Positions 39,046 to 48,577 of a DNA stretch of 64,000 nucleotides are shown one piece after another. The DNA is from Escherichia phage vB-EcoP-XT18. How positions within the stretch are numbered: position 1 is the stretch's first letter; each line of letters begins with the position of its first letter. The stretch is from the sequence record OR757434.1, one strand, 5' to 3'. The position numbers and the translations under genes are program-made. The notes under the pieces are model-generated. The model had not been told where the DNA came from. It saw only the letters and a program-made list of their open reading frames with translations, and searched no databases.

Positions 39046-39308
39046 TGGCTAAAGAGTACAGCTTTACCATCCCGACTCATAACTATGGTGAGATTGATTT
39101 CTCATACACTGATAACTCTGACATGTGTTTAATCCTGTTTACTAGTGGCGATAAGACTAATGCGGTTGAATTTCCTGCCGTTGCTCTAATCATGGATGAC
39201 GTTATAGCAGGTCAGTATCTGGCGCAACGTGGGATTCTCCTTTCTCTGGAAGAGATCGAACTACTTAGCGTAGCAGTTTTTGGTGAGGGTAACAGTGATG
39301 ATTCATGA
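39036..39308 (+). CDS. hypothetical small protein
   Basis: AAGGAG RBS, overlapping start/stop. Confidence 0.3.
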   Translation: MVLMAKEYSFTIPTHNYGEIDFSYTDNSDMCLILFTSGDKTNAVEFPAVALIMDDVIAGQYLAQRGILLSLEEIELLSVAVFGEGNSDDS

Positions 39309-39488
39309 CTATTTTTGGCGGTGCTTATTCGTTGTTACAGTGGCGTCATTCGTCGCTGATATGCTTTATTCTTACATCCTTTGAGGTCCGGTTGTGTTAT
39401 TTCTGTTTTTGTTTGTCGTTGGCTTCATTTCTTTAAACTATTTATTGATTGTTGCCGCTTTCGATATTCTTAAACTTATTATTGAAGG

Positions 39489-39863
39489 TTGATTACTATG
39501 TGGTTTATTAAATTCGTCGTTAAAACGGTTGTAGGCTTTTTTCTGGTTGTTCTTCTGTTGGGTGTCCTGCTATCAGCTATGGGTAGCGTTAAGGCTGCAA
39601 CATTTTCCCCTGCTACGGTTGACGGCTTGCAATGTACCTACCTTGTAGAAAACTATTCGACTGGTAAAAAGTCACCTAAGGTTATTATTTTACATGTAAA
39701 TGATTTCGAGCATGTACAATCATACGCTAAGACTATTCAGCTAGTGAATGAAACCACTGGCAAACAAATCACGGTCGATCACTTGATGCGCTCGTCGTTG
39801 ACGCTCTTTGACGAGTCTATGAATGAAGTAGAATCCGGTAACGGTCAGTGTGTAAATCCTTAA
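39489..39863 (+). CDS. membrane protein (N-terminal TM helix)
   Basis: FIKFVVKTVVGFFLVVLLLGVLLSAMG hydrophobic segment. Confidence 0.35.
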   Translation: MITMWFIKFVVKTVVGFFLVVLLLGVLLSAMGSVKAATFSPATVDGLQCTYLVENYSTGKKSPKVIILHVNDFEHVQSYAKTIQLVNETTGKQITVDHLMRSSLTLFDESMNEVESGNGQCVNP

Positions 39864-39942
39864 TCCTTGTGGGCCTGTTCTTTTTGACCATTGTCGGTGC
39901 AATGGGCCTTTTCTATGCTGTCATAATGTTAGGAGTTTAAAA

Positions 39943-40266
39943 ATGAAGAAGTTAATCGTTGGCTTGGCTGTTGGTTTGTCTTTGTTTGCTGGTAGTGCTA
40001 GCGCATACATGAAATGCGGAAGCATTGGAGTGGTCACAGCCTCTAATGGTGCTAAAAATCTCACCGCTTTAGGTAAGACTTGGTCCGCTACTGAGGTTAT
40101 CACTTTAGAAAATGGCTTAAAGGCTGTAATCTATGATAACCGGAAAGATGGTTCAATTCTTCGGGTTGTTCCTACGGAAGATGGGAAAACGGTTGCCATT
40201 ATCTATTATCGAGATGCGGAATCTAATCTTAATGGTAATCCTGTGCTTTCCGGTATGTGCCGATAG
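39943..40266 (+). CDS. secreted periplasmic protein
   Basis: Signal peptide MKKLIVGLAVGLSLFAGSASA. Confidence 0.4.
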   Translation: MKKLIVGLAVGLSLFAGSASAYMKCGSIGVVTASNGAKNLTALGKTWSATEVITLENGLKAVIYDNRKDGSILRVVPTEDGKTVAIIYYRDAESNLNGNPVLSGMCR

Positions 40267-40602
40267 TCTATCTGATGCTCTAAATCCTTCCTATAAGCCT
40301 CCTAGTGAGGCTTTTCTCATTTCTAAGGTGATTGTATTCCTTACCCTCCTTTAGCTCATTGTGATGCGTCTGAGAGCGTCAAATAGTGCTTTACAAGCCT
40401 GTTTTAGTATGTTATTCGCGTGCGCGTTCCTTTACCTACTCCTCTACGAAAAAGTTTAAAATAATTTGCTTTGCCCTATTGCATTACTCACTGGTTGGCG
40501 TATACTTCAATTCATCGGGTACGATGAAAAACATACAAGGCAAGAAATTGCCCCGCTCTTTAAAAATCAGGCTAGAAAGTGAAAAAATACTTGAAAAAGT
40601 AT

Positions 40603-40630
40603 TTGACAACTGGAAAGCCTAACCTATAAT
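40603..40630 (+). promoter_or_regulatory. near-consensus sigma70 promoter (TTGACA-16 nt-TATAAT)
   Basis: tatTTGACAactggaaagcctaaccTATAATgagc in ORF-poor region. Confidence 0.5.
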
Positions 40631-41055
40631 GAGCATAAGTCAGCGATGACGTGAAACATCCCCGCTCTTTAAAAACTTATCATCTTGCCCTTTCGCATAG
40701 ATTCAAGCGAGATAAGGGAAAAGAATAAAAGAAGATGATAAAAAAGAGGTTGCAAACGTGGTTAAGGTAGTTCATACTAACCACAAGTTAACAAAACAAC
40801 GTTAACTAGTTCCCAAGTCAACGTATCGCGGGAAAGGTGGCACATAGTGCAGCGAGTAGTTCGGGAGTAGGCGCCCCGTTAATGAATAAGTAAGCCTTTA
40901 ATGATGCAGTGATTAGCAGACACTATAAAAGGCTAAAAACGCTCTTTAACAATATGGATCATAAGTTTAAGCCTTATCGCTTAATCTTCAATCAAATAAA
41001 GCTGGTTGATATATCCTCCCAATAGCGGGAACGACGAAAAAGATTAAAAAAGCGG

Positions 41056-41084
41056 TTGACAGCAAAAACATCATGGTCCATAAT
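41056..41084 (+). promoter_or_regulatory. sigma70-like promoter (TTGACA-17 nt-CATAAT)
   Basis: gcggTTGACAgcaaaaacatcatggtcCATAATgagc; same ATAATGAGC downstream context as the first promoter. Confidence 0.45.
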
Positions 41085-42008
41085 GAGCGTACTCACTAGG
41101 CAAATCACCGCTTCAGTGAAAAGCGAAACAACGGCTTACAGTTGCGTAGCGTGAGAAAGCACGCTGACAGATTTACCGCTCTTTAATAATTTAAACGTCC
41201 CCATATATCGGTTAAATATGCTGGAAGATAATAACCATCGGAAAGCATACCAGATAAAACGGCGTAAAACTCCCTAAACCATCAGGGTAAACAGTTTTAC
41301 AATCCCTTAACTGGAAACGTCACCACTGATAAGCGGATTCATTGAGTACACGCAACGGTTTAAGCTAATCGCCCACGGTTAAGGGTAGCGGCGGCCATCG
41401 CTAACACGGTGCTACAGTGAAATAAGTTAATCAGGGCAGACAAGTCCGACGAAATAACGCTCAATTGAGAGCGGCGGGGGATGGTTAAAGGGTAGCAAAT
41501 TGCTATTTAACAATAAGGTTTAGTGTGAACGTTTACGATGCGAACGGCTTGAGATTCGTCTTATGATGAAAGTACATAGTCGGTTTATGTAGTAAACTCG
41601 CCGAAAGATATAAAACGCCGGAATAATAGGCGGTTAGTGACTCTTTCGCAATAGTATCCCATAGTGGGCGATGACTAGCGAAAGAGAGCTGATATAAAAG
41701 GATAGGCGGGAGCGAAAGCAAAGTAAACGATATTGCCGACGGTTACATCAATGTAACTAATTAGAGTCGGACGCACTGCCTTATTGTGGTGATTGATCAT
41801 CGCTATCAGGTCGGCTTGGTTTATAGCGACTAATTAAAGATACCAGTTGAAACACCACGGATAAGGGGGCGGCAAGGTTAACTCCTGACAAGACCGCCCC
41901 CCTTATCAATAATTACTTAACAATGAGTGATTATCGATAAGTCAATGGCGACTTAAAAAGCTCATAGAGAGCGGGGCATAGTGCCCTTACAATTGAAAGG
42001 TGAATATC

Positions 42009-42908
42009 ATGGCTAAAATTTTTAATCTGGTTAAAGAATCTGGTTTTAACGCACTGGCTAACAACATTCGCAGCAATAACGCGGCGATCAAACAAGATGT
42101 TTCTAATTTTCTGTTAGGGCACTTGCAGCACTTCCGTAGCAATGGTAAAAAGCTGGACGTATTGCAGGCGGCGGTCGATTTTCTGTTAACCGAACGTTTC
42201 CGCGATATGGATGTGATTGCCACTGCAATTACTTTCCTGACTCCGATCAAGTTTAACACCGATGCGGCAAATGGGCGTAAGAAGTGGATTAATCTGGAAG
42301 GTGAAGCGAAAGCGAAAGAAGATGCGAAAGAAGCGCAAATTAAGGCCAAAATGGAACAAAACCGAGCTCGCTGGTCAAATGCTTTCGAAAATTTTGCCCT
42401 CGGTCGTGAAATTGAAGTCGATAATCCTAACTTTTACAAAGGTTGCAATGACAACGTGGCGGCCCACCTTCAAATCCCGGCGAAAAATAAGGAAGATTTT
42501 AACCAAGATATTTACGCCTTAGTTGAACGCTTGAATGCAATCCGTATTGAAGCCAAATTGCTGGCTGATGAGCGCAACGGCGCTACCAGTGATAATACTA
42601 TTGCCTTGAGTGAAGAAGTGGGGAAAGTTAAAAAGTCCTTTGATTCACTCATCAAGAAAGTCACGGCTTCAACGGTAGCGATCTCTGACGACTATCTGAT
42701 GAACGCATCAAGCAAGGAGCTGGAATCACTTGATTCATATGCCGATGAAATGGAATCAACCATCGCAAAAATGCAGGAAAAATTGGATAATCTGCGCGGT
42801 CGTATCTCTTCAACAGTTGCAATCCGTACCGAACAAGCTGCGAAAGAAGAAGAGGAAGAAGTATTGCGTAAAGCGGCTGAGATTATGGCGGCACGTCAGG
42901 CGGCATAA
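42009..42908 (+). CDS. abundant early protein of unknown function (helical, Lys/Glu/Ala-rich)
   Basis: ATG with AAAGG RBS (track ORF from GTG 42000); followed by strong terminator. Confidence 0.4.
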   Translation: MAKIFNLVKESGFNALANNIRSNNAAIKQDVSNFLLGHLQHFRSNGKKLDVLQAAVDFLLTERFRDMDVIATAITFLTPIKFNTDAANGRKKWINLEGEAKAKEDAKEAQIKAKMEQNRARWSNAFENFALGREIEVDNPNFYKGCNDNVAAHLQIPAKNKEDFNQDIYALVERLNAIRIEAKLLADERNGATSDNTIALSEEVGKVKKSFDSLIKKVTASTVAISDDYLMNASSKELESLDSYADEMESTIAKMQEKLDNLRGRISSTVAIRTEQAAKEEEEEVLRKAAEIMAARQAA

Positions 42909-42932
42909 GTAAGACAATCTAAATAAACATAA

Positions 42933-42965
42933 GGCGCTATCTTAACGGGTAGCGCCTTTTCTTTT
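42933..42965 (+). terminator. rho-independent terminator
   Basis: ggcgcta ... tagcgcc hairpin then TTTTCTTTT. Confidence 0.65.
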
Positions 42966-43010
42966 ATCAGTGCATTGATTCAGTGCATTAATCAAAGAAT
43001 CTAATCAAAG

Positions 43011-43238
43011 GTGATGATCATGTTAATTACGCATACCACGATTTATAGGAATCTTGTCAACGGTCAACATTACCGCCTATCTAAAAAGTATGGCGTTGAA
43101 TGTAAATGTGTTATTACCGGTGAATGGTATCCGTCGCCAATGAAGATTGAAACGTTGGAACGTGACGCTGTTAGTTATGTTATCACGCAAGAAACAACGT
43201 TAGGCCGTATCTTAAGAAAGCTGGGATTAAGAAAATGA
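43011..43238 (+). CDS. hypothetical small protein
   Basis: ORF with RBS. Confidence 0.3.
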   Translation: MMIMLITHTTIYRNLVNGQHYRLSKKYGVECKCVITGEWYPSPMKIETLERDAVSYVITQETTLGRILRKLGLRK

Positions 43239-43459
43239 TATTCAGTAGCAATTTTGGCAAGTGTCCTATTTGTGAGAAACATCGCAGCACGGGAAATCAT
43301 CGAAAATGTAGTAAGATATTACAGCGTCAACGTGATAACAATCATTGGGATACTGTACACACTAATCAGCGTAAAGAAGAAGTTAGAAAAATGGCTGTTA
43401 AAGCATCATTTGCTCAATCCACCCGTATTGAACACATTCAAAGGTATCAAGCATTATGA
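43235..43459 (+). CDS. hypothetical small basic protein with CxxC/H motifs
   Basis: CPICEKH ... HRKC. Confidence 0.3.
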   Translation: MIFSSNFGKCPICEKHRSTGNHRKCSKILQRQRDNNHWDTVHTNQRKEEVRKMAVKASFAQSTRIEHIQRYQAL

Positions 43460-43665
43460 TCACTAACATTTCAGAATTTAAGAAAGCACCTTCCCGCTTG
43501 TTAGGCCGTCGTGTAGTATATCTTTATAGCAACAAAGGTAAATGTACAACCGGAAGAATTACAACGGTGAGTAGTGCCAATAAGAAACTACTAAAATTAT
43601 GTGTAGCTATGGATGACGGTACAATCCTGCTACGCAGTTGGAAGTCATTTAGTTTACTCGATTAA
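43456..43665 (+). CDS. hypothetical small protein
   Basis: Overlapping start/stop ATGA. Confidence 0.3.
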   Translation: MITNISEFKKAPSRLLGRRVVYLYSNKGKCTTGRITTVSSANKKLLKLCVAMDDGTILLRSWKSFSLLD

Positions 43666-43734
43666 GTTATTTGTTCAAGCCTATCGACTTGATGGGCTTG
43701 CCCGATATAACTTATCACTGAAAGGAATAAGATT

Positions 43735-44178
43735 GTGGCTAAATCTAAAATCAGCATGAAGGGCGGGCGTTGTTTTTCTATCTCTGAACTGGAGAAAGAG
43801 AAGCCGAAGGCAACCAATCACGTCAGTAAGCGCAGTTTAAAACGTCGTGCTGCAAAGGCTGAAGCTGAATCTCATATCCCTTCTAGTGTGGCAAAACGTG
43901 TAGGCCATCGCGTCCATCGTGCTGATGCGTTATTGTTAGCCGATCACAAACGTTCTTTATTACAGAGCGGGGGAGCTAAAACAGAAGAGGAGAAGAAGTT
44001 AGAAATCTTCTGTAATGGTCGCACCCGTGGTAAACAGAAATTTAAAGGTAGCACGAAAGACCCGCAGGCTTTTCCTAAGACAAGTCAGTGTGCACCTGAT
44101 GTATTCTACGCAGATAGCAAACACAAATGGGGAGTTGAAAAATACATTGACCCCATCAAAGAGGCAAGGGTTAAGTAG
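43735..44178 (+). CDS. hypothetical basic protein
   Basis: Lys/Arg-rich 147 aa. Confidence 0.3.
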   Translation: MAKSKISMKGGRCFSISELEKEKPKATNHVSKRSLKRRAAKAEAESHIPSSVAKRVGHRVHRADALLLADHKRSLLQSGGAKTEEEKKLEIFCNGRTRGKQKFKGSTKDPQAFPKTSQCAPDVFYADSKHKWGVEKYIDPIKEARVK

Positions 44179-44343
44179 TAGGAATATAGTCCCCTCTTTT
44201 AGTACTATGACGCTCTTTCTATCGCGTCGTGCCTTCTCCCCATTTGAAGCTTCCGCATAGCCGCCTTTGAGCGGCTTTTGTCGTTGCCGTAAGCGCATTT
44301 ACGAGTGTTTTTACTGCAATAGTCATGTATTGCTTTCAGGTTT

Positions 44344-44369
44344 GCCCCGGCTACGGCTGGGGCTTTTTT
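44344..44369 (+). terminator. rho-independent terminator
   Basis: gccccggc-tacg-gctggggc then TTTTTT. Confidence 0.6.
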
Positions 44370-44418
44370 ATGCCCGTAAAACAGGAGGTAGCAAGTTCTG
44401 ATAACAACGGCCCAGCTA

Positions 44419-44808
44419 ATGTTGACATTGACTATTTATTATGAGGCAGGGGACCAGCCAACCGCATGTAAAGCTATGGTTGCGGATACCGTGATAAATA
44501 GAATGGCTCAACGAAAACTGACCGCTGAACAGGTGATAAGACAAAAGAACCAGTTTGAGTGGATTCCGGTACTATTAAAACAGGAGAAACCTTATAAACG
44601 TTATGTAAAGCTGGTTCGTGATAAAAATCCGATGACTAGGCAAACCATTGGAGAAAGCGAGCGACTTGCTAAACGTGCCCTTAAGAAGAATTATGTTCCT
44701 CTGTATAGTGGGACTTACTTTCAGAGTAAGAGCGAAGGGGTGCCAAAATGGTATGCCAATCCTATGTATTGTGGTGATTTAGTGTTCGATAATAGCTCTA
44801 GGGAATAA
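44419..44808 (+). CDS. SleB/CwlJ-like cell-wall hydrolase domain protein
   Basis: IYYEAGDQPTACKAMVADTVINR ... QKNQFEWIP ... GTYFQSK ... PKWYAN parallels the SleB-family motif pattern. Confidence 0.5.
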   Translation: MLTLTIYYEAGDQPTACKAMVADTVINRMAQRKLTAEQVIRQKNQFEWIPVLLKQEKPYKRYVKLVRDKNPMTRQTIGESERLAKRALKKNYVPLYSGTYFQSKSEGVPKWYANPMYCGDLVFDNSSRE

Positions 44809-45007
44809 TCACTAGTGCCAGATTTGACAAACTAAATTCCTTTATAAACCAACCACTTAGTAAATTTATTGAAAAAGATGGTAGTATTCTGGGACTATGG
44901 GTAATGCTCTGTATATAGACCCTTTGAAAATTTCTTAGAAAATAAGTTTACTAAATATAACTTACTTAAATAATATTACTTTTAATCTCTGATAAAGGGT
45001 AAATAAT

Positions 45008-45304
45008 ATGACTTTAGAAGTATATAAATTCCTTTTTGTAAGCTGTTTAACTATCAGCGTTATAGGATTTATTGTTCTCAGAAACAAAGCAGCAAGCTGG
45101 GAGAGAATGTATAGATCTCTAGTCCGAGTGGATGAGATGTATAATGAGAAAGTTAAAGCAACGCTTAATGATCTTATTATGCAAGTAGAGGACAGAAACA
45201 AGCGTCTTCAGAATCTCAACCATGAAGTATTGCGCCTTGCTCGTGCTAATGAAGACTTGCGAGTAGCTATTGCTAAACAGCAGGAGATTAACAGTGAAAG
45301 TTAA
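45008..45304 (+). CDS. membrane-anchored coiled-coil protein
   Basis: N-terminal TM (FLFVSCLTISVIGFIVL) then helical region. Confidence 0.35.
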   Translation: MTLEVYKFLFVSCLTISVIGFIVLRNKAASWERMYRSLVRVDEMYNEKVKATLNDLIMQVEDRNKRLQNLNHEVLRLARANEDLRVAIAKQQEINSES

Positions 45305-45527
45305 TATTAAGCCTGATCATACTACACTTCGTTTAAATAACATGAGGCCGGGTGCTCTGTTTCATTTTAAAGGTTCTCTCTATATCAGAACCGGATTAAC
45401 AACTGACTATCACGTCAATTGTGTTAACGTGGTTTCTGGAGAGCTTATTGTTATCAGCAAAAACGAAGTCTGCCAAGTGCGCAATGATCTCCACATAACT
45501 AACATCGAGGCTAAAGATGAAGATTGA
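45270..45527 (+). CDS. small protein, GDVF-motif paralogue family
   Basis: LRLNNMRPGALFHFKG motif. Confidence 0.35.
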   Translation: MLNSRRLTVKVNIKPDHTTLRLNNMRPGALFHFKGSLYIRTGLTTDYHVNCVNVVSGELIVISKNEVCQVRNDLHITNIEAKDED

Positions 45528-45774
45528 TCTTGAATTAAAAGACCCAGACCTTACAGTGGGTGATTTAAAGCTTGGAGATGTGTTCCAAGTTAAAGCTACA
45601 CGCGTCGATCATTATTTGGTTGTTAGTTTATTCACTCCACACGTAACCGAGTCGAACAGGAAAGATTCTGGAACAGTTGTGCTTGGTTTAAGAACTAATC
45701 AGGTTATGAAGCTCAATTCAAAACTTCCTGTAATCCTTATCCCAGATGCAGTAATTACTAATAAAGGTAAGTGA
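45517..45774 (+). CDS. small protein, GDVF-motif paralogue family
   Basis: DLKLGDVFQVK motif. Confidence 0.4.
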   Translation: MKIDLELKDPDLTVGDLKLGDVFQVKATRVDHYLVVSLFTPHVTESNRKDSGTVVLGLRTNQVMKLNSKLPVILIPDAVITNKGK

Positions 45775-45993
45775 ATGGAAATTAAAGTGGTTGATTATCC
45801 TAAATATGCAAATGCAGAAGACGTTAAGGGTGGTGATGTTTTCTCTTACGATAAACGTTTCTGGCTGATGCTAGAAGATAAAACCCTTGATGGTTTGTGT
45901 AAGGCTGCTAACTTGAGCAGTGGTTATGTTGAAGTCTTCGGTCTATCAACCACTATTATGCCACGTCCTGATCTGTGTTTATCCCAAAAGTAA
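45775..45993 (+). CDS. small protein, GDVF-motif paralogue family
   Basis: VKGGDVFSYDKRFWLMLEDK; close to 48786..49007. Confidence 0.4.
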   Translation: MEIKVVDYPKYANAEDVKGGDVFSYDKRFWLMLEDKTLDGLCKAANLSSGYVEVFGLSTTIMPRPDLCLSQK

Positions 45994-46351
45994 CACCGAC
46001 TTATAGCCCTTGTGTTTACCAGAGGGCTATGTGAGGGTGTTCCTCATTAACTTATTAATTCAGGCATATGCCACACCGCTAGGGAGAGCTTGCTCAAACA
46101 TCCGGTGCTAGACTAAAACCTGTTAATTTTCGAAAGACTTTCCGGTATGTAGGGGTACGTATTGGTTTGGGATTCAGGAGACTTCCTAGGGGTAGGGAGT
46201 CTTCACCAGTTGGAATAAGAGATAGCTCTAGAACCTGAACTCTTAGGCAGAGAAGGTCGGCAATGAGTACGCGGTCAGGATTAGTCTACTGACTAGGGCT
46301 ATCCCTTATATCAACTGGCAATAATGCCTCCACTAACAAAGAGAGATAGGT

Positions 46352-46492
46352 ATGAAAGTATCAACCAAACGTATGAACCGCCCTGAGCGTATGGATGCAG
46401 TAGCTAACGGTGCTCTGAAACTGGAAGGCTTCTGGGTTCATGCAATGTCGGCTATTCGTAACAAGCAAGGTAATTGGACATATAACAGTTAA
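46352..46492 (+). CDS. small basic protein (46 aa)
   Basis: ATG with GAGAGATAGG RBS after long intergenic region; followed by terminator. Confidence 0.3.
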   Translation: MKVSTKRMNRPERMDAVANGALKLEGFWVHAMSAIRNKQGNWTYNS

Positions 46493-46500
46493 TAAATAAA

Positions 46501-46530
46501 AGGCTGCCTTCGGGCGGCCTTTGTTGTTTT
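46501..46530 (+). terminator. rho-independent terminator
   Basis: aggctgcc-ttcg-ggcggcct then TTGTTGTTTT. Confidence 0.65.
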
Positions 46531-46574
46531 AATTAAGGGACAACTCTTACTTAAACTAACAAGAGGAAGCTCAA

Positions 46575-46751
46575 ATGTCTAAGCAAACAATCAAGAATAC
46601 ACAAGCTGGTTACTCTTATGTTAACTCTCCTTGCTGTGGTGCTCGTGTTAATCTGGTTAAGGAAGAGGTTCGTATCGTTCAGCGTGGCGCTACTGTTGTT
46701 CGTTCATGCTGTGTCTGTGGTAATGATATTTTTATCAAAGGTAAAGTATGA
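46575..46751 (+). CDS. small zinc-ribbon-like protein (CC ... CC)
   Basis: SPCCGARV ... SCCVCGND motif; AAGAGGAAG RBS. Confidence 0.35.
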   Translation: MSKQTIKNTQAGYSYVNSPCCGARVNLVKEEVRIVQRGATVVRSCCVCGNDIFIKGKV

Positions 46752-46972
46752 TTATCGTCCACTCTGAACCTAAAGATAATACTTTTGGTAGTCTACGTAA
46801 TGGTGATGTATTCTCTCTAGAAATAGACGGGGATACAAAACCTCCTTTATACATGAAGGTTATGCACAGACATGCTATCTGTATAAAGAATCCTGAAACA
46901 AGATTCACCTTTGATAGAACTTGCCCTGTCAAATACTATCAAGCTACCCTAAATGTTAGGAGAGTAGGATGA
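46748..46972 (+). CDS. small protein, GDVF-motif paralogue family
   Basis: LRNGDVFSLEIDG. Confidence 0.4.
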   Translation: MIIVHSEPKDNTFGSLRNGDVFSLEIDGDTKPPLYMKVMHRHAICIKNPETRFTFDRTCPVKYYQATLNVRRVG

Positions 46973-47220
46973 AAAACTTCCAAGCTGCACCAATAACTAA
47001 AGCGATCGCAGTTAGTGATGTGATGATGACTGTTCCTCTGAACACTCGTTACATTGCAATTGACAAGATGGGTTATGTATGGGCTTGGAAGATTAAGCCT
47101 AGCTATAACGCATTGTTTGACGAGTTTGTTTGTACTGGTACTTACAGTCCTACATTCTTGGGTTTATTTGGAGAGTTTGAAGGTCAGTATAAAATCATTA
47201 CTCTCCCTGCTTGTGTTTGA
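46969..47220 (+). CDS. small protein, paralogue of 47228..47461
   Basis: RYIAIDKMGYVWAWKIKP vs RYLATDSNGEVYGFTHKP. Confidence 0.35.
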   Translation: MKNFQAAPITKAIAVSDVMMTVPLNTRYIAIDKMGYVWAWKIKPSYNALFDEFVCTGTYSPTFLGLFGEFEGQYKIITLPACV

Positions 47221-47227
47221 GGTTCTG

Positions 47228-47461
47228 GTGAAGACTAAAGAGGTTAAATATTTTGGTGAAGTTATTAAAATAGGTAACTCTATAAGATATTTAGCAACTG
47301 ATAGCAACGGCGAAGTGTATGGGTTTACTCATAAGCCAGAAATTCGTGGGTATGCTTGGGCACTCCCTTATGGAACTCCATTCGAGACTGGAGGGGCTGT
47401 TTATCTTAATGATAATGGACCTCTGTTTGGGTGGAAAACATCTCTCGTTGAGGTGGTATAA
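47228..47461 (+). CDS. small protein, paralogue of 46969..47220
   Basis: GTG start with GAGG RBS; in frame of track ORF 47054..47461. Confidence 0.3.
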   Translation: MKTKEVKYFGEVIKIGNSIRYLATDSNGEVYGFTHKPEIRGYAWALPYGTPFETGGAVYLNDNGPLFGWKTSLVEVV

Positions 47462-47636
47462 TTATGTTCAAGTGGTTTAAATATCTCTTCCATCTCCATG
47501 AGTGGGAGACAATCAAAGCGGTTAGTTTAAATACATACAATGAGTTTGGTAAACTGGAAAGTACCGGAACTCGTTACATACTTCGATGTAAAACATGTGG
47601 TCATATCACTAAGCGGGATATGATCTAAGAGGTGTT

Positions 47637-47846
47637 ATGTTCTTTCGTAAGAAAAAGCCCGAAGATTCTGGATGTAAACATGAGTGGGTGATCACTGAAA
47701 ACTTACATATCACTCACGCTAAAGACACTCCAGTTGAAGCGAAAGAGTCTCGTGTATCTCGTGTCTGTAAACGCTGTTTGAAAATAGAACAGCATAAAGT
47801 CCCCGGTCATATAGGTCATGATGTGGCCTTGCGTATCTTCAGTTAA
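47637..47846 (+). CDS. hypothetical small protein
   Basis: ORF with Cys pairs (CKHEW ... CKRC). Confidence 0.3.
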   Translation: MFFRKKKPEDSGCKHEWVITENLHITHAKDTPVEAKESRVSRVCKRCLKIEQHKVPGHIGHDVALRIFS

Positions 47847-47864
47847 ACAAATTCAGAGGTTAAT

Positions 47865-48173
47865 GTGAAACAAAAGCATTTTATCATCTCAACCTTACTA
47901 CTAATGACAACCATTGGTATCATCTCTGTTAATAGTGCAGAGATTGGGGTTAAGTATCAGAGTGTTCAGCAATGCACTCTTAAAGAGCATAGCTTAACTG
48001 GTATCAAAGAATCTCATGGTATGGTAAGAGATGGGCTTCTGTTTGTAGAAACAACTTCTGGTAATCGTGTCATGGCTACTGATGGCAAAGAAACAAAGTA
48101 TGCCTACTTCCCTGATACAACAGGCTACTACACTTTTGAAGAGAAGGATTGTAAGAAGTCTTTCTCTTTATAA
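47865..48173 (+). CDS. secreted small protein
   Basis: N-terminal signal-like FIISTLLLMTTIGIISVNSA. Confidence 0.35.
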   Translation: MKQKHFIISTLLLMTTIGIISVNSAEIGVKYQSVQQCTLKEHSLTGIKESHGMVRDGLLFVETTSGNRVMATDGKETKYAYFPDTTGYYTFEEKDCKKSFSL

Positions 48174-48182
48174 ATAAATCAA

Positions 48183-48257
48183 GTCCCTATAGTTAAAAGG
48201 ATATAACAGATTTCTTCTAAAAATCCATTCTAGGTTCGAGTCCTAGTGGGGACGCCA
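48183..48257 (+). tRNA. tRNA-Arg (anticodon UCU), CCA encoded
   Basis: Hand-folded cloverleaf: acceptor GTCCCTA/TGGGGAC (one G-U), U8, D-stem GTTA/TAAC, anticodon stem GATTT/AAATC with loop CTTCTAA (U33, TCT), T-arm CTAGG-TTCGAGT-CCTAG, discriminator G, CCA. Confidence 0.75.
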
Positions 48258-48277
48258 AATCAAATAGGAGGTGTGTT

Positions 48278-48577
48278 ATGAGTTGGGGTGGTGTAATATC
48301 CTTAATCTGTATCTTCCTTGTCTGTGTGGCCCTTACAGGCTGCGTACAGAGCCGTCCTGATAGATGGTGTGCAGTAGCAGTGGATGGTATTTGTGTATCT
48401 CGCTGGCATAAAGGTGAGAAGGTTCCTTCTGGTGAAATTGATATGCGCTGGAACGGAGCAACCTGCTCTAATGCTAACCCTTCTATCAACGAAGAGAAGT
48501 CTACGCCAGACAATGTTGTGATTGATACAGCGTTGTGGTGTGGTGGCTCTACGACTACAACCGGTAAGGAGTGGTGA
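48278..48577 (+). CDS. lipoprotein
   Basis: Signal with lipobox LTGC (ICIFLVCVALTGC); AGGAGG RBS. Confidence 0.45.
   Translation: MSWGGVISLICIFLVCVALTGCVQSRPDRWCAVAVDGICVSRWHKGEKVPSGEIDMRWNGATCSNANPSINEEKSTPDNVVIDTALWCGGSTTTTGKEW

Noticed and set aside
40386-42349. ORFs 40386..40622 (+), 41533..41721 (-) and 41987..42349 (-) in the ORF-poor region
   Set aside because: No RBS; they overlap predicted promoters or the strongly supported 42009..42908 gene; the region is more plausibly non-coding.
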